A stretch of 58,508 nt of DNA, filler included, from Candidatus Woesearchaeota archaeon (GTDB lineage: Archaea; Nanobdellota; Nanobdellia; Woesearchaeales; GCA-2685855), in assembly GCA_002685855.1 (NCBI GenBank). It is 3 parts of 3 records of this genome, joined end to end, with 100 filler letters (N's around TTAATTAATTAA, not from the genome) between each part and the next. Parts side by side here need not be neighbours in the genome. Positions count along the whole stretch, not along the records: positions 42,508 to 58,508 come from NYYS01000053.1; 2 more parts are not named here. One strand, 5' to 3'. Of the stretch, positions 48,676 through 58,508 are shown piece after piece. Position 1 is the first letter of the stretch, and every line of letters begins with the position of its first letter. A program made the position numbers and the translations under genes. The notes under the pieces were generated by a model. The model saw only the letters and a list, made by a program, of their open reading frames with translations, was not told the origin of the DNA and made no database searches.

Positions 48676-49626
48676 TTACCCTGCTCCGCCATACACAACG
48701 CGTGTTATCTTGTGGATATCCAAGATCAAAGTTTTGAGCTTGTCAGAAACGCTTGGAAGATAAGCCGTACGAAGATATTTTTTGAAAAAACCATCTGCAC
48801 CTTCAACAAGTCCTTTCTTCTTATTTGCCAAAACAAGGCCGGTTTGCTGATTTTTCTTGTAGAAGCATGTCATGGTTTCAGTATAGTGTTTATCTATTCT
48901 TTTAAAAATTTCCAAAAAATCCTTTTTTTGACCTGAGCTCATTTTTGACTTATGAATATCTCGCGCTATTCGTTTTATCTGATCTGCAACAGACTCCAAA
49001 TTGGTAACGATCTGCCACATATTTAGAGCGTATTGCGGGCTTATATTTATGGATTTTGCATAATTAGGGTTATCCAGAAGAAATTTAATAGTTCGGAAAG
49101 ACAAGAAATTCAACCTATTCACGTCCTCATCTCGTATATAGATCAATTGATGGTTATCTTCATCCATGGTCTTCTTAGTATCAGCAAACATACTTCTAAT
49201 AATATTGTCCATGCGCCGAATACTATTCTCTATTGAAATTTCCTTCATATTTAAAAAACAACGAGCAACCATCTTTGTCTCTGTTTGCTCCAGAATCTCG
49301 AGAGCAATCATGCTATGAAGATTCTTTTTAAGGGCATATTCATTCTCCGCAGACCGCTTCCCAAGCAAGGTAATAGTAGCATGACCGTTGATATAAGCCG
49401 CTGTAACCTCTCTTTTAATACAATCAGGGTCCTTATTAGCAATATCAATAATGATCTCTGTAGCTTCCTCGGTAAGGGGCCTTTTTGTCAATACGTGCAA
49501 ATCATCCCCTGTTTCGTCTAATTGGACCGTATCCCCCTTTTTAAGCTTATTCTGCTCAATCCAGCTCTTTGGAAGAGAGATTACAAAGCTATTATTCCCG
49601 AATTTGATGATCTTTCTGAACTGCAT
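48676..49626 (-). CDS. phoU: AbrB-N/PhoU phosphate-uptake regulator
   Basis: RKIIKFGNNSFVISLPKSW AbrB domain; DEDVNRL and LESVADQ PhoU motifs; start moved to MQFRK. Confidence 0.85.
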   Translation of the reverse strand: MQFRKIIKFGNNSFVISLPKSWIEQNKLKKGDTVQLDETGDDLHVLTKRPLTEEATEIIIDIANKDPDCIKREVTAAYINGHATITLLGKRSAENEYALKKNLHSMIALEILEQTETKMVARCFLNMKEISIENSIRRMDNIIRSMFADTKKTMDEDNHQLIYIRDEDVNRLNFLSFRTIKFLLDNPNYAKSINISPQYALNMWQIVTNLESVADQIKRIARDIHKSKMSSGQKKDFLEIFKRIDKHYTETMTCFYKKNQQTGLVLANKKKGLVEGADGFFKKYLRTAYLPSVSDKLKTLILDIHKITRVVYGGAG

Positions 49627-49731
49627 CGTACAATCGTAAAGCATATATGCTATATATAATATATGGATAATTTATATATTTATAAATATTATTGCTAAGT
49701 ATACGTAAAATGAAAACAAGGGGGTGTAACC

Positions 49732-49866
49732 ATGTATGAAGAAACAGACCCAGATGATATCGCAAACCCTGAAATGTGGGAAAATAAAGTGAAGAATGAG
49801 GAAATGGATGATTGGGAAGCTGGCTTTTTACAGGGATACTATAAGGAAGAAGAGGAAGAAGAATAA
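49732..49866 (+). CDS. 44-aa acidic microprotein (absent from ORF track)
   Basis: MYEETDPDD...MDDWEAGFLQGYYKEEEEEE; GGGGGTG SD and TATA upstream. Confidence 0.65.
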   Translation: MYEETDPDDIANPEMWENKVKNEEMDDWEAGFLQGYYKEEEEEE

Positions 49867-49905
49867 AGCTATTTCACAAATTCAACTCATTGGGGTTAAG
49901 CCGTC

Positions 49906-49946
49906 GGATGGTAGAGGGGCTCTCGGGCCCTTTTACCTCCACTTTT
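49906..49946 (+). terminator. Long G-U-containing hairpin followed by T-run
   Basis: GGTAGAGGGGCTC/GGGCCCTTTTACC stem then ACTTTTT. Confidence 0.5.
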
Positions 49947-49972
49947 TCTATTTCAACACAAAATCCGTCCTT

Positions 49973-50419
49973 TTAAAGATCTTTTCTTAGAAAGCGTTCT
50001 TGCTCAATCTCACTAATGATGTGGTGCATCCCGCAGACCGTGATTCCCTCTTGTTTCCCTAAAAACTCCATAAAATCAGCCGCAGCTCCATAATCCATAA
50101 TAATAAACTCTGCTACAAAATCAAAACTACCCACAGTGCTATAAAGCCTATTCAGCCCCTCTACACGCCGAATATATGCAATAATATCTTCCCTCCTCTC
50201 CTTTTCTACCTTCAAGAAAACACAAATCTGACACAAACCCAAATCAGAAAAGCGAATAAGGCTGGTGTGACGAACAATAAAGGTGCGTTCTACCTGTTTC
50301 AGCCATTCATAGGTTGTAGAACAAGGAAGTCCCAACTCTCTACTCAATCGGGCCAAACTAAGACGTGCATTCTTCCTGAGATAGGGGATAAGATCAAGAG
50401 CCTTCATATGATCCTTCAA
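49973..50419 (-). CDS. Lrp/AsnC family transcriptional regulator
   Basis: LRKNARLSLARLSRELGLPCST HTH; C-terminal RAM-like GSFDFVAE. Confidence 0.8.
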   Translation of the reverse strand: MKDHMKALDLIPYLRKNARLSLARLSRELGLPCSTTYEWLKQVERTFIVRHTSLIRFSDLGLCQICVFLKVEKERREDIIAYIRRVEGLNRLYSTVGSFDFVAEFIIMDYGAAADFMEFLGKQEGITVCGMHHIISEIEQERFLRKDL

Positions 50420-50560
50420 ACAGGAAGCCTAAAAAAAGCTACTCCCTCAATTTTCGAAAACCTTCCGACAATATCGGTTTTTTTCCATTTTACGTGTAAA
50501 AAACATACTTATTACTCCTCTATTCTCCCAAAAAAACCACAACATATTTAAACCCCCTAA

Positions 50561-52546
<1,986 letters not shown>

Positions 52547-52596
52547 CATTTTCTATGCATAACCTTTATAAACCCCCTGAAGTTCCTCGGCTCTAG

Positions 52597-53382
52597 ATGA
52601 AAAAGAAGGAGCTTACAAAAAAAGTCAAAAAAAAGCGATGGTATCCTGTCGTAGCTCCAAGACTCTTCCGCGAAATGCTCCTAGGAGAAAGTTATCTCCC
52701 TGATCCAGCCCTTCTTGAAGGAAAATTCCTCACCCTTAACCTTATGAACCTCACGGGTGACGCAAAGAGACAAAACATCAATATTGGCTTTATAGTAGAC
52801 AAAGTAACCGATGGAAAAGGATTTGCTAAAGTCATAAACTATTCAATGATTCCGAGTTCCCTTAAACGAATTGTTAGACGAGGAAAAGATAAGGTAAGCG
52901 ACAGTTTTCTCGCTAGAACAAAGGACAAAGTCTATGTCAGATTAAAACCCTTATTGATAACCACCTCAAAAACACCAAAATCAGTCCAGCAAAAAATGCG
53001 CGCCGAAACAAGAAAATTCATCCGTGCAGCATTGTCTGAAAAAAACTATGATGATCTCGTGCCTGAAATTGTTGGATGGAGACTCCAGAAATCCTTGAAA
53101 GAGACGCTTACAAAGATTCATCCCTTGCGGTCAGTCGAACTCCGCTACTTTGGTACAGTAAAACTCAACCTTTATGGAATGGATGAAGAAGAAGTAGACC
53201 TGGATAAAGCAGAAGAAAAAATAGTTGAAAAAGAGATAACAAAAGAAGAGGAACCAACCCAGACAGAAACAGCTCCTGATATAGATAAGGAAGCCCCTTC
53301 AGCCCCTGAAAAAGAGACTTCTTCAGAAACCCAGACCCCCCTACAAGACACTCCTCAGGAAGAGAAACTTCAAACAGAATAA
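52597..53382 (+). CDS. rps3ae: 30S ribosomal protein eS1 (S3Ae) with acidic tail
   Basis: KKRWYPVVAP.LF, NLTGD, RIVRRG, KIHPLRSVELR. Confidence 0.88.
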   Translation: MKKKELTKKVKKKRWYPVVAPRLFREMLLGESYLPDPALLEGKFLTLNLMNLTGDAKRQNINIGFIVDKVTDGKGFAKVINYSMIPSSLKRIVRRGKDKVSDSFLARTKDKVYVRLKPLLITTSKTPKSVQQKMRAETRKFIRAALSEKNYDDLVPEIVGWRLQKSLKETLTKIHPLRSVELRYFGTVKLNLYGMDEEEVDLDKAEEKIVEKEITKEEEPTQTETAPDIDKEAPSAPEKETSSETQTPLQDTPQEEKLQTE

Positions 53383-53471
53383 ACTCTTCATCTTAATCCA
53401 CATTTTTCTAATGAAAATCTTCCCTTTTGGAATTAGTAACCTTTAAATAATGCTATTTTCCATAAAAGAAG

Positions 53472-54701
53472 ATGCCCACAAAATTCTCTCTGGATTGGGA
53501 AAGAAAATTTGGCTGGAATAGCGATCCATTTGTTGATCACATCCCTGAAAGTGTAGACCCTTTTTTAGCAGGATTAGATGATGCAAAACAAGGCCTGAAC
53601 CTTTTCATCCTCAAAGAGAAACAATTTGGCCTTATTAGGGGAGCCAAAGGGTCAGGAAAGAGTATACTCACGAAGTGGTTCACATTAGAACTAAAAAACT
53701 TTGAAAATAGAATAGAAACAATACATCTTGATGTTCCTCCTGTTTTTTCCGAACAAGCATTATGCAAGCAGATAACAGAACCATTGACCTCTTTTACTGA
53801 GAGAAAAAAGAAAAAAGACTCTCCCTACACCTTTGAAGATGTTCTCCACGCAATAGGGAAAAAAACCAAAACAAAACGCTGCATTATTATCTTTGATCCT
53901 CTTGATAACCTTACAAGAGAAGCACTCTACGTAGCTGTAAAACTCTTTGCACTACCGAATGTACAAGTGGTGGCTACCTGTTCAAAAGAGTTCTATAGCA
54001 ATCTTCCGAAAACAGTAAAAGACCAGGATTGTTTATCTCTTGAAATAAAATCTCTCACTCCAACTGAACTAAAAGACCTCTTACAAAAAAGGATCGCTTT
54101 TTTCGGAGGGAAAAGTATCGAGCCCTTTACAGAAAAGGAACTTCAGAGTCTGCACAAAAAAACCATAGGAAACCCTCGAGAACTACTAAAAGAAGCCAAG
54201 GAGATCGCTCTTAAGAAATCACTCTCCCTTGAAATGCCTAAAAATCTTCCCAGACACCTAAAGAAAGAATCAGAACTCCTTACTCTGAATGTTGGATCGC
54301 TTACCTTGAAATTTCTGCCCAATAAAGAACAACAACCCCTCTGGGTGTTTGGTGCAGAAAGCCTACCAACTGAAGAAACAGCAGAAACTAAAGCCGATGG
54401 AGACCTAGAAACCGAAGACATTCCGTCTGAAGAACCTAAAGGAAAAAAGCTTTCTGCTCTTAAAAACAAGCTCTCAGCACACGTCAACAAGTTTCATAAA
54501 GGTGTGAAAGAGGCTCTTTTGCCAAGCGAGCTTGAAGATAGACCTGGAGAAGCAGAGCTCGGCGTTTTTAAAAGCAGTTCATATACAGATAAATCAGGTT
54601 CTGAGATGGAATTAAATGAGCAACTTATCAAAGACCTTGCACGTCAAAGTCGGCTCTCAGAGAAAGATTTAAAAACTATGAAGTCAAAGAGGAAAAAATG
54701 A
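53472..54701 (+). CDS. ExeA-like AAA+ ATPase with disordered C-terminus
   Basis: FGWNSDPF, Walker A GAKGSGKS, degenerate Walker B IIIFDP, GNPRELL. Confidence 0.7.
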   Translation: MPTKFSLDWERKFGWNSDPFVDHIPESVDPFLAGLDDAKQGLNLFILKEKQFGLIRGAKGSGKSILTKWFTLELKNFENRIETIHLDVPPVFSEQALCKQITEPLTSFTERKKKKDSPYTFEDVLHAIGKKTKTKRCIIIFDPLDNLTREALYVAVKLFALPNVQVVATCSKEFYSNLPKTVKDQDCLSLEIKSLTPTELKDLLQKRIAFFGGKSIEPFTEKELQSLHKKTIGNPRELLKEAKEIALKKSLSLEMPKNLPRHLKKESELLTLNVGSLTLKFLPNKEQQPLWVFGAESLPTEETAETKADGDLETEDIPSEEPKGKKLSALKNKLSAHVNKFHKGVKEALLPSELEDRPGEAELGVFKSSSYTDKSGSEMELNEQLIKDLARQSRLSEKDLKTMKSKRKK

Positions 54702-55417
54702 AAGAAATTATTATCCGTCCCATATATCTTGAGCGTGCTGCCTATTGGCTCATCATTCTCATTCTTCTCTTCACAATCATTAAATCAGACACAGAAAACG
54801 TATTAAATGGTTTTGGAACATTAGAGGATGATCTCCTTTCAAACTATAATAATACAAACAATACCGAAAACCTCACAGCAAACCTCACAGATAACACATC
54901 AGAAACTCCTGAGCCAGAAGAAGAGATAATAGAAGAAACCTGTGAAGATGGCATAAAAAATCAGGATGAAACGCAGATTGATTGCGGAGGTGTGTGTGAA
55001 GGATACTATTATGATGAAGCCTGTCATGATGATCCAAAACCAATCGTTCGCCTAACCTTCAACCTTGACTCAGCATCATGGGAGTATGGCTCTGGAGATG
55101 AAACAAACGCCCGACTAAGTTCAGTCACTCTTACAATCGACAACGGCCTTGCTACTGTTGCTTCAGGCTACAAGTTCCAGGTATATGTCTATGACGATGA
55201 TGATCTGGACTACATCAAAACCCTGAACCAGGTCGGAGGAGCTGATGACTACATCACTATCATGGATATTGCAAAAGAAGCAAAAATCACAAAAGAGTTC
55301 GAATTCTCTGGAAAACTCTTCTCCAATCTGGGGAATAAAAAAAGCATAGATGTAAAAATCTATGATTCGGGCGAGAATCTCATAACATCAGAGTCCCTAT
55401 TCCTTGATATAGAATAA
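54698..55417 (+). CDS. Membrane-anchored surface protein with Cys-rich CxDGxxNxxExxxDCGGxC module
   Basis: N-terminal TM; TCEDGIKNQDETQIDCGGVC; ATGA overlap with ATPase. Confidence 0.75.
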   Translation: MKEIIIRPIYLERAAYWLIILILLFTIIKSDTENVLNGFGTLEDDLLSNYNNTNNTENLTANLTDNTSETPEPEEEIIEETCEDGIKNQDETQIDCGGVCEGYYYDEACHDDPKPIVRLTFNLDSASWEYGSGDETNARLSSVTLTIDNGLATVASGYKFQVYVYDDDDLDYIKTLNQVGGADDYITIMDIAKEAKITKEFEFSGKLFSNLGNKKSIDVKIYDSGENLITSESLFLDIE

Positions 55418-55557
55418 TGGGTTGGGCACTTCTTTAGAGCTCCACCAGATTTGTGTTGCTTGGTTTCAGCATATCCCTCCATAAAACAAGCTGTGTTGCC
55501 ACTATAAAATAGTAAATAACCGAAACCTTTATAAATGGTGATGGGTTCTAGCCTTCT

Positions 55558-55743
55558 ATGGCAAAAAAACTCCTAAACATGACCATAGACCTGGGGAACG
55601 GTGTAAAGCTCCTTGCCCCTATAAAACTCCATATGACCTATGAGGAATGGCAACGAATGTCCAGCTTCATCAACAGTCTCATCCACGAAGAAGAGCAAAA
55701 AGAACTTCCCCTTCTTCAACAATTGAAAAATGGAAAACCCTAA
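55558..55743 (+). CDS. Small hypothetical protein
   Basis: ATG right after BRE/TATA CGAAACCTTTATAAA. Confidence 0.55.
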   Translation: MAKKLLNMTIDLGNGVKLLAPIKLHMTYEEWQRMSSFINSLIHEEEQKELPLLQQLKNGKP

Positions 55744-56719
55744 TCTCGTCGAAAGACTTACACAGCTCTCAAGCGATGAACCCCTTCTCAAACAAGAGAT
55801 AGTCCGCATCCTCAGACTTCCTCCAATCGATCCCAGAAGACAATTTGCAGATCTCCCCCGATTAAAAGACGATCTTGCTCAGAGAATCTATAACTTCTTT
55901 GTATTTGAAAAAGATCTTCCCTTTGAGTCCGGACCAAACTTTGCACGAACAATAGAATCAAGTATTAACAAAGACCCCTTAAAAAATGTAGAATACGGCA
56001 TCCGGTCAGCACATGAGATGCCCACTTCCTTCCTATCAGCATTTCCAGACTGGGGAAGACTATATCTTATGGCAGGTGTTTTTGGTGTTCATCAATTCCG
56101 TCCAGGAAAAACAGATACCCGCTGGAAGACAATAGAACCATTACTTGATGACATGAACATTGCAGAAATAGGTGCCATCTACACACGAACAGGAATGGAA
56201 ACCCTCGAGCGAAGTCATATGATCCGAGTAGGACTACAAAACAGAGATAGAGCAAGCAGAGGAAGAACATATACAACAGATATTAGTCTGCCTTACGCAC
56301 GTCAAATAAGAGACCAAATCAGAAACATAACAATGCGATCTGTCAAAGCATCAGTTACTAAAGCAAACGTCCATTCAGAAGAACATCCCTATAACTCCAA
56401 TAACGATGCAAGAACGCACATAAGAAGAACCTACCAAAGAGTAGACGAACTTTCATCACAACAAACAGACACAATGGAACTCTTCCCTACAACACCTCCT
56501 CCTTCAGAAGAAGAATGTAATAGAACTGAACAGCATCTGAAAGAACGACTAAGAAAATGCAGTCCAAGCCAACTTCAACACATCATCAAAACAGCACCTG
56601 AAAAAATGAGGGAATCACTTTTCACCACCCATATACCTCAGGAATCTCTAAAAAGAGTTTCCCCTGGATTCTTAGCTGAATATCTCCCTGCTGAAAAACT
56701 CAGAGAAATATTTTACTAA
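55730..56719 (+). CDS. Hypothetical protein
   Basis: 329-aa ORF, no motif recognised. Confidence 0.65.
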   Translation: MENPNLVERLTQLSSDEPLLKQEIVRILRLPPIDPRRQFADLPRLKDDLAQRIYNFFVFEKDLPFESGPNFARTIESSINKDPLKNVEYGIRSAHEMPTSFLSAFPDWGRLYLMAGVFGVHQFRPGKTDTRWKTIEPLLDDMNIAEIGAIYTRTGMETLERSHMIRVGLQNRDRASRGRTYTTDISLPYARQIRDQIRNITMRSVKASVTKANVHSEEHPYNSNNDARTHIRRTYQRVDELSSQQTDTMELFPTTPPPSEEECNRTEQHLKERLRKCSPSQLQHIIKTAPEKMRESLFTTHIPQESLKRVSPGFLAEYLPAEKLREIFY

Positions 56720-56762
56720 GAAGTCATAATCTTTATATATTCCAGCCATTCTATTTCCCATT

Positions 56763-57023
56763 ATGAACTCCAACTACTCCTTTGACCTTAAAACAGCAAT
56801 CCAAACAATAAAAAAGAACAAAGCAAAACAGGTTCTTCTCCAACTTCCCGATGGAATCAAACCCTATGCAAAAGAGATCCAGGATAAACTCGAAAAAGAG
56901 ACAAACACCCAAATCCTGATCTGGGGAGGAACATGCTTTGGAAGCTGTGATCTGCCTCTAGAAGCCAAATATCTCAATATCGACCTTGTTCTGCATTTCG
57001 GTCATTCTCAATGGCTTTTTTAA
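56763..57023 (+). CDS. Dph2 (diphthamide synthesis) N-terminal domain only
   Basis: VLLQLPDGIK, TCFGSCD, HFGHS; ends at 86 aa. Confidence 0.85.
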   Translation: MNSNYSFDLKTAIQTIKKNKAKQVLLQLPDGIKPYAKEIQDKLEKETNTQILIWGGTCFGSCDLPLEAKYLNIDLVLHFGHSQWLF

Positions 57024-57064
57024 AAGAAATAGGGCAGTAACTTTTTAAAGACCTTCTTGTTCGC

Positions 57065-58508
57065 ATGAAAATGGGCTATGAATTAATCATTACCGAAAAA
57101 CCTGCAGCAGCTAAAAAGATAGCAGAAGCCTTAGCAGATGGAAAACTAATCAGAGAAACAGAGAACAAGGTAGCATACTACAAAGTAACCCATAAAGGAA
57201 AAGATCTCATCATCGCCTGCGCTGTTGGCCATCTCTACTCTGTGGCAGAGAAAGAAAAAACCTTCAACTACCCAAGCTTTGAAATCGAATGGGTTCCTGC
57301 ATCTGAAGTAGATAAAAATGCATCCTATTCTAAAAAATACCTTACAGTCATAAAAAAACTCGCAAAAAAAGCAGAAAGCTTCACTGTCGCATGCGACTAT
57401 GATATTGAAGGAGAGGTAATAGGACTGAATATTATTCTCTTAGCATGTAAACAGAAAGATGCCCAGCGAATGAAATTCTCAACACTCACAAAGCCCGATC
57501 TTGTTCAAGCATATGCCACCAAACAAAAAACAATTGACTGGGGACAAGCAAAAGCAGGGGAAACCCGCCACTTTCTTGACTGGCTCTATGGAATTAACCT
57601 CAGTCGAGCCCTAATAACATCAATAAAGAAAGCAGGAAGATACAAAACATTGAGCATTGGCAGAGTACAAGGACCTGCGCTTAAACTTATCGTTAACAAG
57701 GAAAAAGAAATCAAAAAATTTGTCCCTGTTCCCTACTGGCAACTTCAACTCCTGGGTGCACTCAATAAAAATCCCATAGAAGCTTGGCACGAAAAAGATA
57801 AATTCCAGAATGAAAAAGAATGTCTTGAAGTCCTGGAAAAGACAAAAGGAAAAGATGGGAAACTCGCAGACATCTCTGCAAAACAGTTCTCAGTAGCAGT
57901 TCCAGTCCCTTTTGATCTCACAACACTCCAAACAGAAGCCTATCGTTCTTTGGGAATAAACCCCAAGCAAACCCTTGAAATCGCCCAAAACCTCTACCTT
58001 GAATCATACATCTCCTATCCTCGAACCTCCTCTCAAAAGATACCTAAGACCGTAGGAATCCCCCAAATTCTTTCAAATCTCACAAAAAACAAGGAATATA
58101 CAGAACTCGCAAAAAAAATCCTATCAGGAAAAATGATTCCAAACGAAGGGAAAAAAACAGATCCAGCACATCCTTCCATATTCCCAACAGGTCTCTACCC
58201 CAAAGTTCTCGACGGTAGAGAAAAAAAAGTATACGATCTCATTGTAAGACGGTTTCTCTCTGTCTTTGGAGAGCCTGCAACACGCGAGACAGTAACACTT
58301 AAGATTGATGTTGAAAAAGAGATCTTTCTTGCTAAAGGTACCCGAACAGTAAAGAAAGGGTGGCACCAATTCTACCAACCCCACCTTAAACTTGAAGAAC
58401 AAACCCTCCCCGAGGCTAAAATTGGCGATACTGTAAACATAAAAGAGATCATCAAGCACGATAAAGAAACCCAACCACCCAAACGCTTTAGCCCTGCCTC
58501 ACTCATCA
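57065..58508 (+). CDS. topA: Type IA DNA topoisomerase (runs off window end; absent from ORF track)
   Basis: LIITEKP, AVGHL, CDYDIEGE (TOPRIM), SIGRVQGP, active-site YISYPRT. Confidence 0.95.
   Translation, partial: MKMGYELIITEKPAAAKKIAEALADGKLIRETENKVAYYKVTHKGKDLIIACAVGHLYSVAEKEKTFNYPSFEIEWVPASEVDKNASYSKKYLTVIKKLAKKAESFTVACDYDIEGEVIGLNIILLACKQKDAQRMKFSTLTKPDLVQAYATKQKTIDWGQAKAGETRHFLDWLYGINLSRALITSIKKAGRYKTLSIGRVQGPALKLIVNKEKEIKKFVPVPYWQLQLLGALNKNPIEAWHEKDKFQNEKECLEVLEKTKGKDGKLADISAKQFSVAVPVPFDLTTLQTEAYRSLGINPKQTLEIAQNLYLESYISYPRTSSQKIPKTVGIPQILSNLTKNKEYTELAKKILSGKMIPNEGKKTDPAHPSIFPTGLYPKVLDGREKKVYDLIVRRFLSVFGEPATRETVTLKIDVEKEIFLAKGTRTVKKGWHQFYQPHLKLEEQTLPEAKIGDTVNIKEIIKHDKETQPPKRFSPASLI

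Overview
Archaeal DNA, most likely a DPANN (Woesearchaeota-like) metagenome-assembled genome. The assignment is inferred from archaeal-type aIF5B, aEF-1beta, uS15, eS1, Trm1, Nre, Dph2, DHH/RecJ, BRE/TATA promoters and BHB-intron tRNAs. The window is three contigs (1-18512, 18613-42407, 42508-58508) joined by 100-bp N/TTAATTAATTAA spacers, so adjacency across the gaps means nothing. Content is mostly housekeeping (map, alaS, pyrG, trm1, infB, rps15, guaB, purA, rad50, gyrB, rps3ae, topA). It also holds an IS200-type tnpA, a DUF4258/DUF2283 toxin-antitoxin pair, two-component proteins, several surface proteins and three intron-containing tRNAs. Highlights: (1) a 585-aa adenylosuccinate synthetase that matches my recollection of the divergent trypanosomatid (Leishmania/Trypanosoma) enzyme rather than ordinary archaeal PurA; (2) a cell-anchored matrixin metalloprotease translationally coupled to a separate TIMP/prodomain-like secreted gene; (3) tRNAs with introns at 59/60 (91 nt), 19/20 and 37/38, one with C33 instead of the near-invariant U33; (4) very strong strand-specific G/T versus C/A skew; (5) a 40-bp hairpin-containing tandem repeat at a contig end. 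No CRISPR array, rRNA, reverse transcriptase or phage structural genes were seen. All family calls come from motif recognition by eye, not from database searches.
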